DNA of 64,000 nt. Origin: Candidatus Eiseniibacteriota bacterium. GTDB taxonomy: Bacteria > Eisenbacteria > RBG-16-71-46. The DNA lies in contig OY970178.1 in NCBI GenBank assembly GCA_963707915.1, positions 2,528,001 to 2,592,000 of the forward strand, read 5' to 3'. Position 1 is the first letter of the stretch. Each line of letters begins with the position of its first letter. Of the stretch, positions 29,669-38,985 are shown piece after piece. The notes beneath the pieces are model-generated. The model was not told where the DNA came from. It did not search any database and saw only the letters and a list, made by a program, of their open reading frames with translations. The position numbers and the translations under genes are program-made.

Positions 29669-30616
29669 TCAACCCTCGTCGTCGCCTTCCTCGCCGCCCC
29701 CGAGGCGCGCGGCGGCCCGCGCCAGCTTCGCGAACTCCTCGAGCGTGAGGGTCTCGCCGCGACGGCGGCCGTCGATGCCGGCGATGCGGCAGAGGCGCTC
29801 GATGCCCTCGCGACCGAGCGCGAGCGTCTCCTCCAGCGTGTTCGCGAGCTGCTTGCGGCGCATGTGGAACGAGCCGCGGATGATGCGGAAGAGCAGCGTC
29901 TCGTCGGCCTCGACCGGCGGCCGCTCCCGCAGGAAGAAGCGCACCAGCGTGCTGTCCACGTCGGGGCGGGGCCAGAACGCCGAGGCCCGCACCGACAGGA
30001 GCGGTTCCAGCAATGCGTGGTAGCGCGCGAACAGCGTGAGCGAGCCGTACTCGGGCGTGCCCGCGGCGGCCGCGAGGCGCGCGGCGTACTCCTTCTGCAC
30101 CAGCAGCACGGCGCTCTTCACCGCGTGCTTCTGCTCGAAGATCCGTTCCAGCACCGGCGTGGTGATGTTGTAGGGGATGTTGCCCACCACCACCACGCGC
30201 TCGACGCCGTGGGCGCGGGCCGCCGCGGCCAGGTCGAACTCCAGGAAGTCGCCCTCGACCAGCTCGAGCTGGGGCAGCTCGGCCAGCTCCTCGCGCAGCA
30301 GCGCGGCGAGCCCGGCGTCCTTCTCGACCGCGATCAGCCTGCGCACGCGCGCCGCGAGGCGCTCGGTGAGCGCGCCGGCGCCGGGGCCGATCTCGACCGC
30401 GACGTCGTCCGCCTCGAGGCGGCAGTGCTCGACGATCCGGCGGGCGAGGTCCTCGTGCACGAGGAAGTTCTGGCCCATGCGCTTGAGCGGCGCGAGGCCG
30501 CGCTCGGCCAGGGCGTGCTTGACCCGCGCGAGCTCGCTGCCCTCGGCGGCGGCCCGCTCGCGCAGCCAGGCGGACGCGCGGGGGGTCCCGCGCACGGTGC
30601 GTTTCGGGGGGAACAT
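29669..30616 (-). CDS. rsmA: 16S rRNA m6,2A dimethyltransferase RsmA/KsgA
   Basis: KRMGQNFL, EIGPGAG, VGNIPYNITTP, FWPRPDVDS, RRKQLAN. Confidence 0.95.
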   Translation of the reverse strand: MFPPKRTVRGTPRASAWLRERAAAEGSELARVKHALAERGLAPLKRMGQNFLVHEDLARRIVEHCRLEADDVAVEIGPGAGALTERLAARVRRLIAVEKDAGLAALLREELAELPQLELVEGDFLEFDLAAAARAHGVERVVVVGNIPYNITTPVLERIFEQKHAVKSAVLLVQKEYAARLAAAAGTPEYGSLTLFARYHALLEPLLSVRASAFWPRPDVDSTLVRFFLRERPPVEADETLLFRIIRGSFHMRRKQLANTLEETLALGREGIERLCRIAGIDGRRRGETLTLEEFAKLARAAARLGGGEEGDDEG

Positions 30617-30699
30617 GCCCGCAGTGTACGGGCCCGGCGGGGCCGGGACCAGCGCGCCGGCGGCGGGCCCCCCGGGCGACTGTGATAGAGTCCGCGGCC

Positions 30700-32670
30700 G
30701 TGTTCTCCCGCCTGAAGCGTCTCGTCCTCGGCGCCCCGCGCGACCTGCGCGACCCGCGGACCTTCCACACCATCTCGCTGATCGCCCTGCTCGCCTGGGT
30801 CGGGCTCGGCGCCGACGGGCTCTCCTCCTCGTCCTACGGCCCGGACGAGGCGTTCCGCGCACTGGGGCAGCACCACTACCTCGCCCTGGCGCTGGCCGCG
30901 GCCACGGCGCTCACCGTGCTGGTCATCTCGGTGGCCTACTCGCAGATCATCGAGCACTTCCCGTTCGGCGGCGGCGGCTACGTGGTCGCCTCGCGCCTGC
31001 TCAGCCCCACCGCCGGCGTGGTGTCGGGCGCGGCCCTGCTGGTGGACTACGTCCTGACCATCGCGGTCTCGATCGCGGCGGGCGCCGACCAGATCTACTC
31101 GGTGCTGCCCCACGAGTGGGTGGCGACCAAGCTGCTGGTGGAGGCGCTGGTCATCGGCGTGCTGGTGCTGATGAACCTGCGCGGCGTCAAGGAGTCGGTC
31201 ACCATCCTGGCGCCGATCTTCGGCGTCTTCGTCCTCACCCACGCGATCCTCGTCTTCGGCGGCCTCGCGCAGCACGCCGGGCAGGTGCCGGCGGTCGCGC
31301 GCGACCTGCACCGCGAGTACCGCTCGGGGCTGGCGACGATCGGGCTGGCCGGCATGTTCGCCGTCTTCGTGAGGGCCTACTCGATGGGCGCCGGCACCTA
31401 CACCGGCATCGAGGCGGTCTCGAACGGCCTGCAGATCATGCGCGAGCCCCGGGTCCGCACCGCGCGCACCACGATGACCTACATGTCCATCTCGCTGGCG
31501 GTCACCGCCGCCGGCATCCTGGTCTGCTACCTGCTCTTCCACGTGACCCCCGAGCGCGGCCGGACCCTGAACGCGGTGCTGCTCTCGCGCTTCGCCGACG
31601 GCTGGCACCCGCTCGGCCTGCCGCTGGGGCACGGCTACGTCGTGCTCACGCTCGCCGCCGAGGCGGCGCTGCTGTTCGTCGCCGCGCAGACCGGCTTCAT
31701 CGACGGACCGCGCGTGATGGGCAACATGGCGACGGACTCCTGGCTCCCGCACCGCTTCGCCCAGCTCTCGAGCCAGCTGACCATGCAGAACGGCGTGGCG
31801 CTGATGGGCGCCGCCGCGATCGCGGTGCTGTTCTACACGCGCGGGAACGTCACCGCCCTGGTGGTGATGTACTCGATCAACGTGTTCGTGACCTTCTCCC
31901 TGTCGCAGCTGGGGATGCTGCGTTACTGGTGGCGGAAGCCCGGCCCGGGACGGCGGCGGGGCTTCGTCATCCACGGGGCCGCGCTGGTCCTGTGCCTCGC
32001 CATCCTCCTGGGCACCATCTGGGTGAAGGGGGCCGAGGGCGGCTGGGTCACGCTGGTCGTGACGGCGGGCGTGGTCGCGCTGTGCTTCTGGGTCAGCCAC
32101 CACTACCGGGAGGCGAGGAACAGCCTGCGGCGCCTCGACGAGGTGATGGCGGGACTGCCGAGCACGCCCCACGCGGAGCCGCCGCCGCTGGACCCGGCGA
32201 AGCCGCTGGGGGTCGTGCTGGTGGGGTCGTTCGGCGGCCTCGGCCTGCACGCGCTGTTCGATTCGCAGCGGCTCTTCCCGGGGCACTTCCGCCAGTTCGT
32301 GTTCGTCTCGGTCGGCGTGGTGGACTCCGCCACGATGAAGGGCGTGGAGGAGGTGGACCGGGTGGTGAGCGGGACGCGCGAGGGCCTCCAGCGCTACGTC
32401 GACACGGCGCGCGGACTCGGGCTCGCGGCCGACTACCGCATGGCGGTCGGCACCGAGGCCGCGGTCGAGCTCGAGGAGCTGTGTGTCGCGCTCCAGCGCG
32501 AGTATCGCCGGGCGATCTTCTTCGCCAGCCGGCTGGTGTTCGAGGAGGAGCGCTGGTACCAGTCGATCCTGCACAACGAGACCGCCCACGAGATCCAGCG
32601 GCGGCTGCAGTTCCGCGGGCTGAACGCCATCATCGTGCCGGTGCGCGTGTTCAAGCTCCGGTCGGTTTGA
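30700..32670 (+). CDS. APC-superfamily permease, YdaO/KimA-like, with cytoplasmic C-terminal domain
   Basis: DGLSSSSYGPDE, GGGGYVVA, LVDYVLT, NLRGVKES, TGIEAVSNG, LHNETA. Confidence 0.85.
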   Translation: MFSRLKRLVLGAPRDLRDPRTFHTISLIALLAWVGLGADGLSSSSYGPDEAFRALGQHHYLALALAAATALTVLVISVAYSQIIEHFPFGGGGYVVASRLLSPTAGVVSGAALLVDYVLTIAVSIAAGADQIYSVLPHEWVATKLLVEALVIGVLVLMNLRGVKESVTILAPIFGVFVLTHAILVFGGLAQHAGQVPAVARDLHREYRSGLATIGLAGMFAVFVRAYSMGAGTYTGIEAVSNGLQIMREPRVRTARTTMTYMSISLAVTAAGILVCYLLFHVTPERGRTLNAVLLSRFADGWHPLGLPLGHGYVVLTLAAEAALLFVAAQTGFIDGPRVMGNMATDSWLPHRFAQLSSQLTMQNGVALMGAAAIAVLFYTRGNVTALVVMYSINVFVTFSLSQLGMLRYWWRKPGPGRRRGFVIHGAALVLCLAILLGTIWVKGAEGGWVTLVVTAGVVALCFWVSHHYREARNSLRRLDEVMAGLPSTPHAEPPPLDPAKPLGVVLVGSFGGLGLHALFDSQRLFPGHFRQFVFVSVGVVDSATMKGVEEVDRVVSGTREGLQRYVDTARGLGLAADYRMAVGTEAAVELEELCVALQREYRRAIFFASRLVFEEERWYQSILHNETAHEIQRRLQFRGLNAIIVPVRVFKLRSV

Positions 32671-32691
32671 TCGCCCGGCGCGGGCCGGCGC

Positions 32692-33747
32692 TCAGGCGAC
32701 GTCGCGCCAGCGCTCGAGCACCTCGCGCGCCATGTCGCGCGCGTACGGGTCGGGCGACCCGCGCGCGATGCGCTCCAGCTCCCGGTGCCCCTCCATGCCG
32801 AACTCGCGCAGCGCGTAGGCTGCGTGCCGCCGCACCCACCAGGCGGGATCCGTGAGCCGGGCGGGCAGGGCCAGCAGCGCGATGCCGGCCCGCGTGCGCC
32901 CGAGCGCCCAGGCGGCCTGCGCCCGCACCTGCCAGACCTCGTCCTGCAGCGCGCCCATGAGCGTGGTGGCGCAGTCGTCGGCGCGCAGGCGGCCCAGCGC
33001 GCGGGCGGCGGCGATGCGCTGCTCGACGTCGCCTTCGCGCAGCCGGCGCTCGATGGACCGGCGGGCGTCGCGACAGCCTGCGACCCCGAGCGCCTCGATG
33101 AGCGCGCGGTCCATGGCCGCGTCGCCGGTGCCACGTTCGAGCGCGGCCGCGAGGTCGGGCAGCGCGCGCCGCCCGAAGCTGCGCAGCAGCGTCACCCGCG
33201 GGCGGTGGGTCCGCTGCTCGAGGGCCGCCGGGTTCGCGAGCAGCCAGCGCAGCGCCTCGAGGTCGCGGTAGCGCGCGAGCGCGGTGGCGGCGGCGATCGT
33301 GACCAGCCCGGGGCCCTCGCGCAGCGCCTGCCGCAGCGCGCGCCGCGACTCGGGCGAGTAGAGCAACCCGAGCCGGCGCACCGCCAGCTCGCGACGCCAC
33401 GGCGACTTGTCGAGCAGCGCCGCGCGCTCCGCGGCGAAGTGGGGACTTCCGGCCAGGGCGCGCGACAGCGCGAGCCAGCCGCTCCGGCGCGAGACCTGGT
33501 CCTCGAGCGCCGCCCAGAAGGCGTCGGGCCCGGCCGCGGCGGTCTGCTTGGCGAGGGCGCGGGGGGACAGGCGGTGTTCGATGAAGTCGCACAACGCGTG
33601 GGCGAGGTCGTCCACGCGTCCCCGGGCGTGCCGGCGCTCGCGGCGCTGCAGGACGCGCAACGTGTAGCCCGCGCCGGAGATCGCGGCGAGCGCGACGAAC
33701 ACGGAGGTGAAGAGGTCGAGCGTCACGGTCGGCGGGGGCGCGGACAT
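32692..33747 (-). CDS. HEAT-repeat protein with N-terminal TM helix
   Basis: Repeats such as RIAAARALGRL, VRAQAAWALG, VRRHAAYAL. Confidence 0.8.
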   Translation of the reverse strand: MSAPPPTVTLDLFTSVFVALAAISGAGYTLRVLQRRERRHARGRVDDLAHALCDFIEHRLSPRALAKQTAAAGPDAFWAALEDQVSRRSGWLALSRALAGSPHFAAERAALLDKSPWRRELAVRRLGLLYSPESRRALRQALREGPGLVTIAAATALARYRDLEALRWLLANPAALEQRTHRPRVTLLRSFGRRALPDLAAALERGTGDAAMDRALIEALGVAGCRDARRSIERRLREGDVEQRIAAARALGRLRADDCATTLMGALQDEVWQVRAQAAWALGRTRAGIALLALPARLTDPAWWVRRHAAYALREFGMEGHRELERIARGSPDPYARDMAREVLERWRDVA

Positions 33748-33828
33748 GGTGCGGCGGTTATCGGCCCGACCGGAGGCGGGCTTGAGGCGGACGCACGCGT
33801 CCGGGCCGCGTCCGCGGCGGCCGCGCGG

Positions 33829-34593
33829 CTAGGGGACCGGGAGCCGGAACAGGTCCTTCGCGTTGGCGGTGGTGATGCGGTCGGCCTCGGCGGGCGTCCA
33901 GCCCCGCAGTTCGCAGAGCCGCCGCAGCACCCGCGCGAGCAACGCCGGCTCGTTGCGGCGCAGCGAGCGCGGCTCGGGCTCGAGCCAGGGCGAGTCGGTC
34001 TCGAGCACGAGCATCTCCGCCGGCGCGACCCTCACCGCCGCCTCGAGCGGGCCGTGCCCGTAGGTCAGGCAGCCGCCGATCCCCAGCCGGAAGCCGAGGA
34101 CGCGGGCCCGCTCGACCGCCTCGGGGCCGTCGTCGAAGCAGTGGAGCACGCCGCCCGCGGCGGGGCGCGCCTCCTCGAGGATGGCGAGCGTTTCGGCCAG
34201 CGCGCTGCGCTGGTGGATCACCACCGGCAGGCCGAGCTCGCCGGCCAGCGCGAGTTGCGCGCGGAACCAGCGTTCCTGGTCGGCGCGCGACGCGTGGTCG
34301 CGGTAGAAGTCGAGCCCGGTCTCGCCCAGCGCCACCACGCGGGGGTGGCGAGCCTCCTCGCGCAACGTGGCGAGCCACGAGTCCGGCACCCGGCCCGACT
34401 CGTTCGGGTGCACGCCCGGGCACAGGTAGACCGCCGGGTGCGCGGCCGCGAACGCGTGCGCGCGGGGCAGGATCTCGGGCGCGTAGGCGATCTCGACGAA
34501 GTGCGTCACGCCGCCGTGCCGCGCGCGGTCGAGGACGCGCTCGCGGTCGTCGTCGAAGCGCTGGTCGGTCAGGTGGCAGTGGGTGTCGATCAC
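33829..34593 (-). CDS. tatD: TatD-family hydrolase/DNase
   Basis: IDTHCHL, GVHP, GETGLD, LHCF, ETDSP. Alternative start at 34635. Confidence 0.92.
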   Translation of the reverse strand: MIDTHCHLTDQRFDDDRERVLDRARHGGVTHFVEIAYAPEILPRAHAFAAAHPAVYLCPGVHPNESGRVPDSWLATLREEARHPRVVALGETGLDFYRDHASRADQERWFRAQLALAGELGLPVVIHQRSALAETLAILEEARPAAGGVLHCFDDGPEAVERARVLGFRLGIGGCLTYGHGPLEAAVRVAPAEMLVLETDSPWLEPEPRSLRRNEPALLARVLRRLCELRGWTPAEADRITTANAKDLFRLPVP

Positions 34594-34672
34594 GGGCGCC
34601 GGCCGGCCGGCGTGCCGCGCCGCGCGCCGCGGCACGGGTGCGCCACGGCGCGCGGGCCCATCGCGTCCGCCC

Positions 34673-36454
34673 CTAGGCCTTCGGGGCCGGGCGCGGCGCG
34701 CCGCCGGCCGCGGCCTTGAGATCGATGCGCGGGAACAGGATCACCGGCTGCCCGAGCGGGCGCGCCGCGGGCGCGCCGAACGCCGGGCGCGCCGCCGCGC
34801 CGCGCTGCTCGCCGGGGGTGCCCGGCAGGCCCAGCACGCCCCACAATTCCTCGCACTTCGCGGGGATCGTGGGCCAGGCCCAGATGGCCACCAGCCGCAG
34901 CGTCTCGAGCAGCGCGTTCAGCCCGGTGCCCAGCTCGGCGCGGCGCGCCGGATCCTTGGCGAGGTCCCAGGGGCGCGCGCGGTCCACGAACTCGTTGGCG
35001 CGCTCGACCGCCTGCCAGGCGCTCGCCAGCGCGTCGTGCAGGCGCAGCTCGTCGTAGGCCTTCGGCACCTCGTCGGCGGCGGTCGTGGCCGCCGCGACCA
35101 GCGCGTCGAGCGCGCCGCGCACCGCCGGGTCGGCGAACGCGTCGGGCGCCCATTCGGGCGGCGTGGCGCCGGCATAGCTGTTGTGCACCAGCTTCACGGT
35201 GCGGCTCGAGAGGTTGCCGAGCTTGTTCGCCAGGTGGGTGTTGCAGTGCTCCACGAACAGCTCGAGCGAGAACTCGCCGTCGCCGCCGGTCGGGATGGCG
35301 TCGATGAGGTAGAAGCGCAGCGCGTCGGCGCCGAAGCGGGCGGCCATCTCGACCGGATCCACGACGTTGCCGCGCGACTTGGACATCTTCTCCTGGGCGG
35401 CCCCGTCCGCCGCGTCCTTCGCCTCCGGCTTGCGCAGCAGGATGAAGCCGTGCACGTAGACCTGGCGGGGCAGCGGCACGCCGGCGGCCAGCAGCATGGC
35501 CGGCCAGAGCACGCAGTGGAAGCGGCTGATGTCCTTGCCGATGAGATGGAACCCGTTGGTGTACTGCGGCTGGCCCATGCCGGCCCACGCCGCTCCCGGG
35601 CGGCCCTGGCCGTCGAGCTCCTGGAACACGTCCTGGCGCGCCGCGCCGGGGCCGCCGGTCTCGCCCTCCTTCGCCAGCCACCACTTGCAGTAGGTGCGCT
35701 GCGGCCAGCCGAGCGCGGAGAGGTAGTTGAGCAGCGCGTCCGGCCAGACGTAGACGGTGTGGCCCTGGCCGCCCTCGATCTCCTCGGGCAGCGGGATGCC
35801 CCAGGGCAGGTTGGGCCGCGAGACGCTCACGTCCTCGAGCCCGCCCTTGATGAGGTTCATCACCTCGGTGCGGCGGTAATCGGGCTGGATGAAGTCCGGG
35901 TGGGCCTCGATGTGCTGGAGCAGCGCCTCGTCGTATTCGGACAGGCGGAAGAAGAAGTTCGACTCCTTGATCGCCTTCGGCTTCTTCTTGTGCTCGGGGC
36001 AGCGGCCCTTCTCGTCGAGCTCCTTCTCGCCCTTGAATCCCTCGCAGCCCTCGCAATAGAGACCGACGTACTCGCCCTCGTAGATCGCCGGGTCGCCGGT
36101 GCGGGGGGTGCGCGCCAGCGAGAGCCGGCGCATCAGCTCCTGCACGGCCAGCTCGTGGCGCTTGTCCGAGGTGCGGATGAACTGGTCGTAGGCCACGCCG
36201 AGCGTCTTCCAGGCGGCGACGAAGGTCTGCGACATCTCGTCCACGAAGGCCTGCGGCTCCTGGCCGGCCGCCTCGGCCGCGCGGGCGATCTTCTGGCCGT
36301 GCTCGTCGGTGCCGGTCAGGAACCAGGTGGCGTCGCCGCGCTGGCGGTGGAAGCGCGCGAGCGTGTCGGCGAGGACCTTCTCGTAGGCGTGGCCGAGGTG
36401 CGGCCGGCCGTTGACGTAGTCGATGGCGGTGGTGATGTAGAAGCGTCTCGGCAC
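34673..36454 (-). CDS. metG: Methionine--tRNA ligase (no C-terminal appended tRNA-binding domain)
   Basis: FYITTAIDY, PHLGH, GTDEHG, IGKDI, KMSKS. Confidence 0.96.
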   Translation of the reverse strand: MPRRFYITTAIDYVNGRPHLGHAYEKVLADTLARFHRQRGDATWFLTGTDEHGQKIARAAEAAGQEPQAFVDEMSQTFVAAWKTLGVAYDQFIRTSDKRHELAVQELMRRLSLARTPRTGDPAIYEGEYVGLYCEGCEGFKGEKELDEKGRCPEHKKKPKAIKESNFFFRLSEYDEALLQHIEAHPDFIQPDYRRTEVMNLIKGGLEDVSVSRPNLPWGIPLPEEIEGGQGHTVYVWPDALLNYLSALGWPQRTYCKWWLAKEGETGGPGAARQDVFQELDGQGRPGAAWAGMGQPQYTNGFHLIGKDISRFHCVLWPAMLLAAGVPLPRQVYVHGFILLRKPEAKDAADGAAQEKMSKSRGNVVDPVEMAARFGADALRFYLIDAIPTGGDGEFSLELFVEHCNTHLANKLGNLSSRTVKLVHNSYAGATPPEWAPDAFADPAVRGALDALVAAATTAADEVPKAYDELRLHDALASAWQAVERANEFVDRARPWDLAKDPARRAELGTGLNALLETLRLVAIWAWPTIPAKCEELWGVLGLPGTPGEQRGAAARPAFGAPAARPLGQPVILFPRIDLKAAAGGAPRPAPKA

Positions 36455-36598
36455 GGTGTCTCCCGGGTCGGAAGTGAGGCGCGGAGTATAGCGAAAGCGG
36501 CGCGGAGCGTGCGAGCGGCAAGGCCCGTCGCCGGGGCCCGCGGGCCGTGCAAGTGGTTCTGCGGCAAGGCCGCGCGCACCGCCCGCCGCCGGACGGGC

Positions 36599-37480
36599 TC
36601 AGTCGTCGCGGGCGTCTCCGAGCGTCTCTTCGGCCTCGCCGTTCGGCTCCGCCGGGTCCGGCGGCCCGCCGCGGGGCCACGGCCCCGGCGGCAGCATGTC
36701 CCGGCTGATGCGGTGTTCCTGCCCGTCGCTGTCCCGCACCCAGACCACCTGCTGGTGCAGCTCGGTGCGGAACACGGTGCACACGCCCTTGCCGGTCCGC
36801 AGCTGGGCGCCCAGGGGCGGCAGCTTGGCGGCGCCCTCGCGGTAGAGATTGAGCTCGTAGGCGAGGCAGCACATCAGCCGGCCGCACGTGCCCGAGATCT
36901 TCGTGGGGTTGAGCGTGAGCTGCTGCTCGCGGGCCATGCGCAGCGTGACCGGGTGGAAGTCCTTCAGCCAGGTCGAGCAGCAGAACGCGCGCCCGCACGG
37001 GCCGCAGCCGTCGAGCCGCTTGGCCTGGTCGCGCACCCCGATCTGGCGCAGCTCGATCCGCGTCTGGAATCGCGCGGCGAGGTCCTTGACCAGCTCGCGG
37101 AAGTCCACGCGGTGCTCGGCCAGGAAGTAGAAGGTGATGCGGTGGCCGGTGAACGAGGCCTCGACCTCGGAGAGCTCCATCTTGAGCTCGCGCACGCCGA
37201 TGCGCTCGCGGCAGTACTCGAAGGCCGCGGACTCGCGCTGGGCGAGGTGGTCCTCGAGGTCGAGGTCCTCCTCGGTGGCCTTGCGGATGATCTCGCGCGC
37301 GACGCTGCCGGGCCGCTTGAGCTCGACCAGCGACGGGTCCTTGAGGACGACGCTGCCGATCGACTCGCCGTGCTCGGTCTGCACGACCACGCGGTCGTTC
37401 AGCTGGAGCCAGAGGTGGCGGGAGTTGAGGAAGAAGTCCCTGCGTGAACCGCGCAGGGCGACCTGCACGATCTCGGACAT
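36599..37480 (-). CDS. ricT: PSP1-domain protein RicT/YaaT
   Basis: RVDFRELVKDL, RIELRQIGVRD, GPCGRAFCC, KISGTCGRLMCCL. Confidence 0.92.
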   Translation of the reverse strand: MSEIVQVALRGSRRDFFLNSRHLWLQLNDRVVVQTEHGESIGSVVLKDPSLVELKRPGSVAREIIRKATEEDLDLEDHLAQRESAAFEYCRERIGVRELKMELSEVEASFTGHRITFYFLAEHRVDFRELVKDLAARFQTRIELRQIGVRDQAKRLDGCGPCGRAFCCSTWLKDFHPVTLRMAREQQLTLNPTKISGTCGRLMCCLAYELNLYREGAAKLPPLGAQLRTGKGVCTVFRTELHQQVVWVRDSDGQEHRISRDMLPPGPWPRGGPPDPAEPNGEAEETLGDARDD

Positions 37481-37708
37481 CTCGAAACCTTTATGGGCGG
37501 ATGGGACCCGCCGGACCGGCCTCGCGGCCGGGGCTTCGCGTGAATGGCGTTCCGGCCCGGGCGGGCGCCGGCTATGAAGAGCCCCCGGGACGCGAGGGCG
37601 AGGTCCCGAGGATAGCGCAGCGGGGGATGGTTGCCTATCGGTCCGGCAGGGGCGCCTGGCGCGGTCGGACGGGGGCCGGGCCGCGTCCGGGTCCCCGCCG
37701 GTGCGGTC

Positions 37709-38914
37709 TCAGTAGTCCCAGCGCGCGGTCGGGTGCGGGGGCCAGGTGTCCCCGGCGAAGCGTTCGCCGCCCAGGCGCGAGAGCGCCGAGAACATGGCCA
37801 GCTCGGGCGTGACGTTGCCCTCGATGGCGCGCAGCAGTTCCTCGAGCACCAGCAGGCGGCGACGGACCTCGACCGGCGCGGTGCGCTCCGCCTGGCGGCG
37901 GATCTCGGCCTCGCGGTCGCGGTTCGCCAGCTCCTCGCGCGGCGCGCCGTGGCGCGCGCGCAGCAGGTCCCGCAGCCAGAGCTGCTGGAACTCGACCATG
38001 CGGCGCAGCGCCTCGCGCCCGGTGCGACCGAACTTCATCTTGCCCTGCGCCGCCCGCCAGAGCGCGGACGGATCGCCCCGCAGCGCGGGCTCGAGCAGCG
38101 CCAGCGCCTCGTCGCGTTCCTCGAGGGGCTTGCCGTCGCGCAGCGTGAGCGCGCGGGCGAGCGAACCGCCGGAGAGGGCGGCCAGCAGGCGCGACTCGCG
38201 GTTCGCGACCCCGACCCGCTCTTCGAGGAACCGCTGGATCGTCGTCTCGGGCAGCGGGGCGAAGCGCACGCGCTGGCAGCGCGAGGGGATGGTGGCGGGC
38301 AGCCGCGCGGCGCGCGCGGTGGTCAGCACCCAGACGGTCGAGGCGCCCGGCTCCTCGATCGACTTGAGCAGCGCGGAGTACTGGTCCTCGCGCATGCGGT
38401 CGGCGTCGCGCACCACCACGACGCGGCGCTCCGCCTCGTAGGGCCGGTAGGCCAGCTCGCGCAGCAACTCGCGGGTGAGCGAGAGGCGGATCGAGGCCGC
38501 CTTCTCGTAGTTGAAGACGAAGAACGGGTCCTCGCGCAGGGCCTGCTGGGTCTCGGCGACGGTCTTCTCGAGTTCCTTCTCCTCGCCCGAGACCGGGAAC
38601 AGGAACTTGAGGTCCGGGTGCGTGAGCTGGGCCGACCGCCGGCACCCATCGCACACGCCGCAGGCGTCGTCGGCCGGCGCGGCGGCCGGGGTCGCGGCGG
38701 CCGGCGCGTCGAACAGCCCGCCCTGGGCCTTGGGGCCGTTGCGGGTCTCGCACAGCAGGGCCCGGGCGAAGGCGAGCGCCGCCGTTCCCTTGCCGACCCC
38801 GGCCGCCCCGAGGAACAGGTAGGCGTTGGCGTAGCGCCCGCCGGCCACGACCCCGCGCAGGAAGACGGAAGGCCCCGGCTGGCCCAGCAGTTCGGATAGG
38901 CGGACGACGGTCAT
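37709..38914 (-). CDS. holB: DNA polymerase III delta-prime subunit
   Basis: AYLFLG..GVGK, Zn motif C...CGVCDGC, HPD, LLKSIEEP, TIPSRCQ. Confidence 0.93.
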   Translation of the reverse strand: MTVVRLSELLGQPGPSVFLRGVVAGGRYANAYLFLGAAGVGKGTAALAFARALLCETRNGPKAQGGLFDAPAAATPAAAPADDACGVCDGCRRSAQLTHPDLKFLFPVSGEEKELEKTVAETQQALREDPFFVFNYEKAASIRLSLTRELLRELAYRPYEAERRVVVVRDADRMREDQYSALLKSIEEPGASTVWVLTTARAARLPATIPSRCQRVRFAPLPETTIQRFLEERVGVANRESRLLAALSGGSLARALTLRDGKPLEERDEALALLEPALRGDPSALWRAAQGKMKFGRTGREALRRMVEFQQLWLRDLLRARHGAPREELANRDREAEIRRQAERTAPVEVRRRLLVLEELLRAIEGNVTPELAMFSALSRLGGERFAGDTWPPHPTARWDY

Positions 38915-38985
38915 GGAGCGGAGGATACACGTCCGGGCGGGACCGGGGCGAGGCCGCGCGGGACGCCGCGCGGCCCGCGGGCGGC

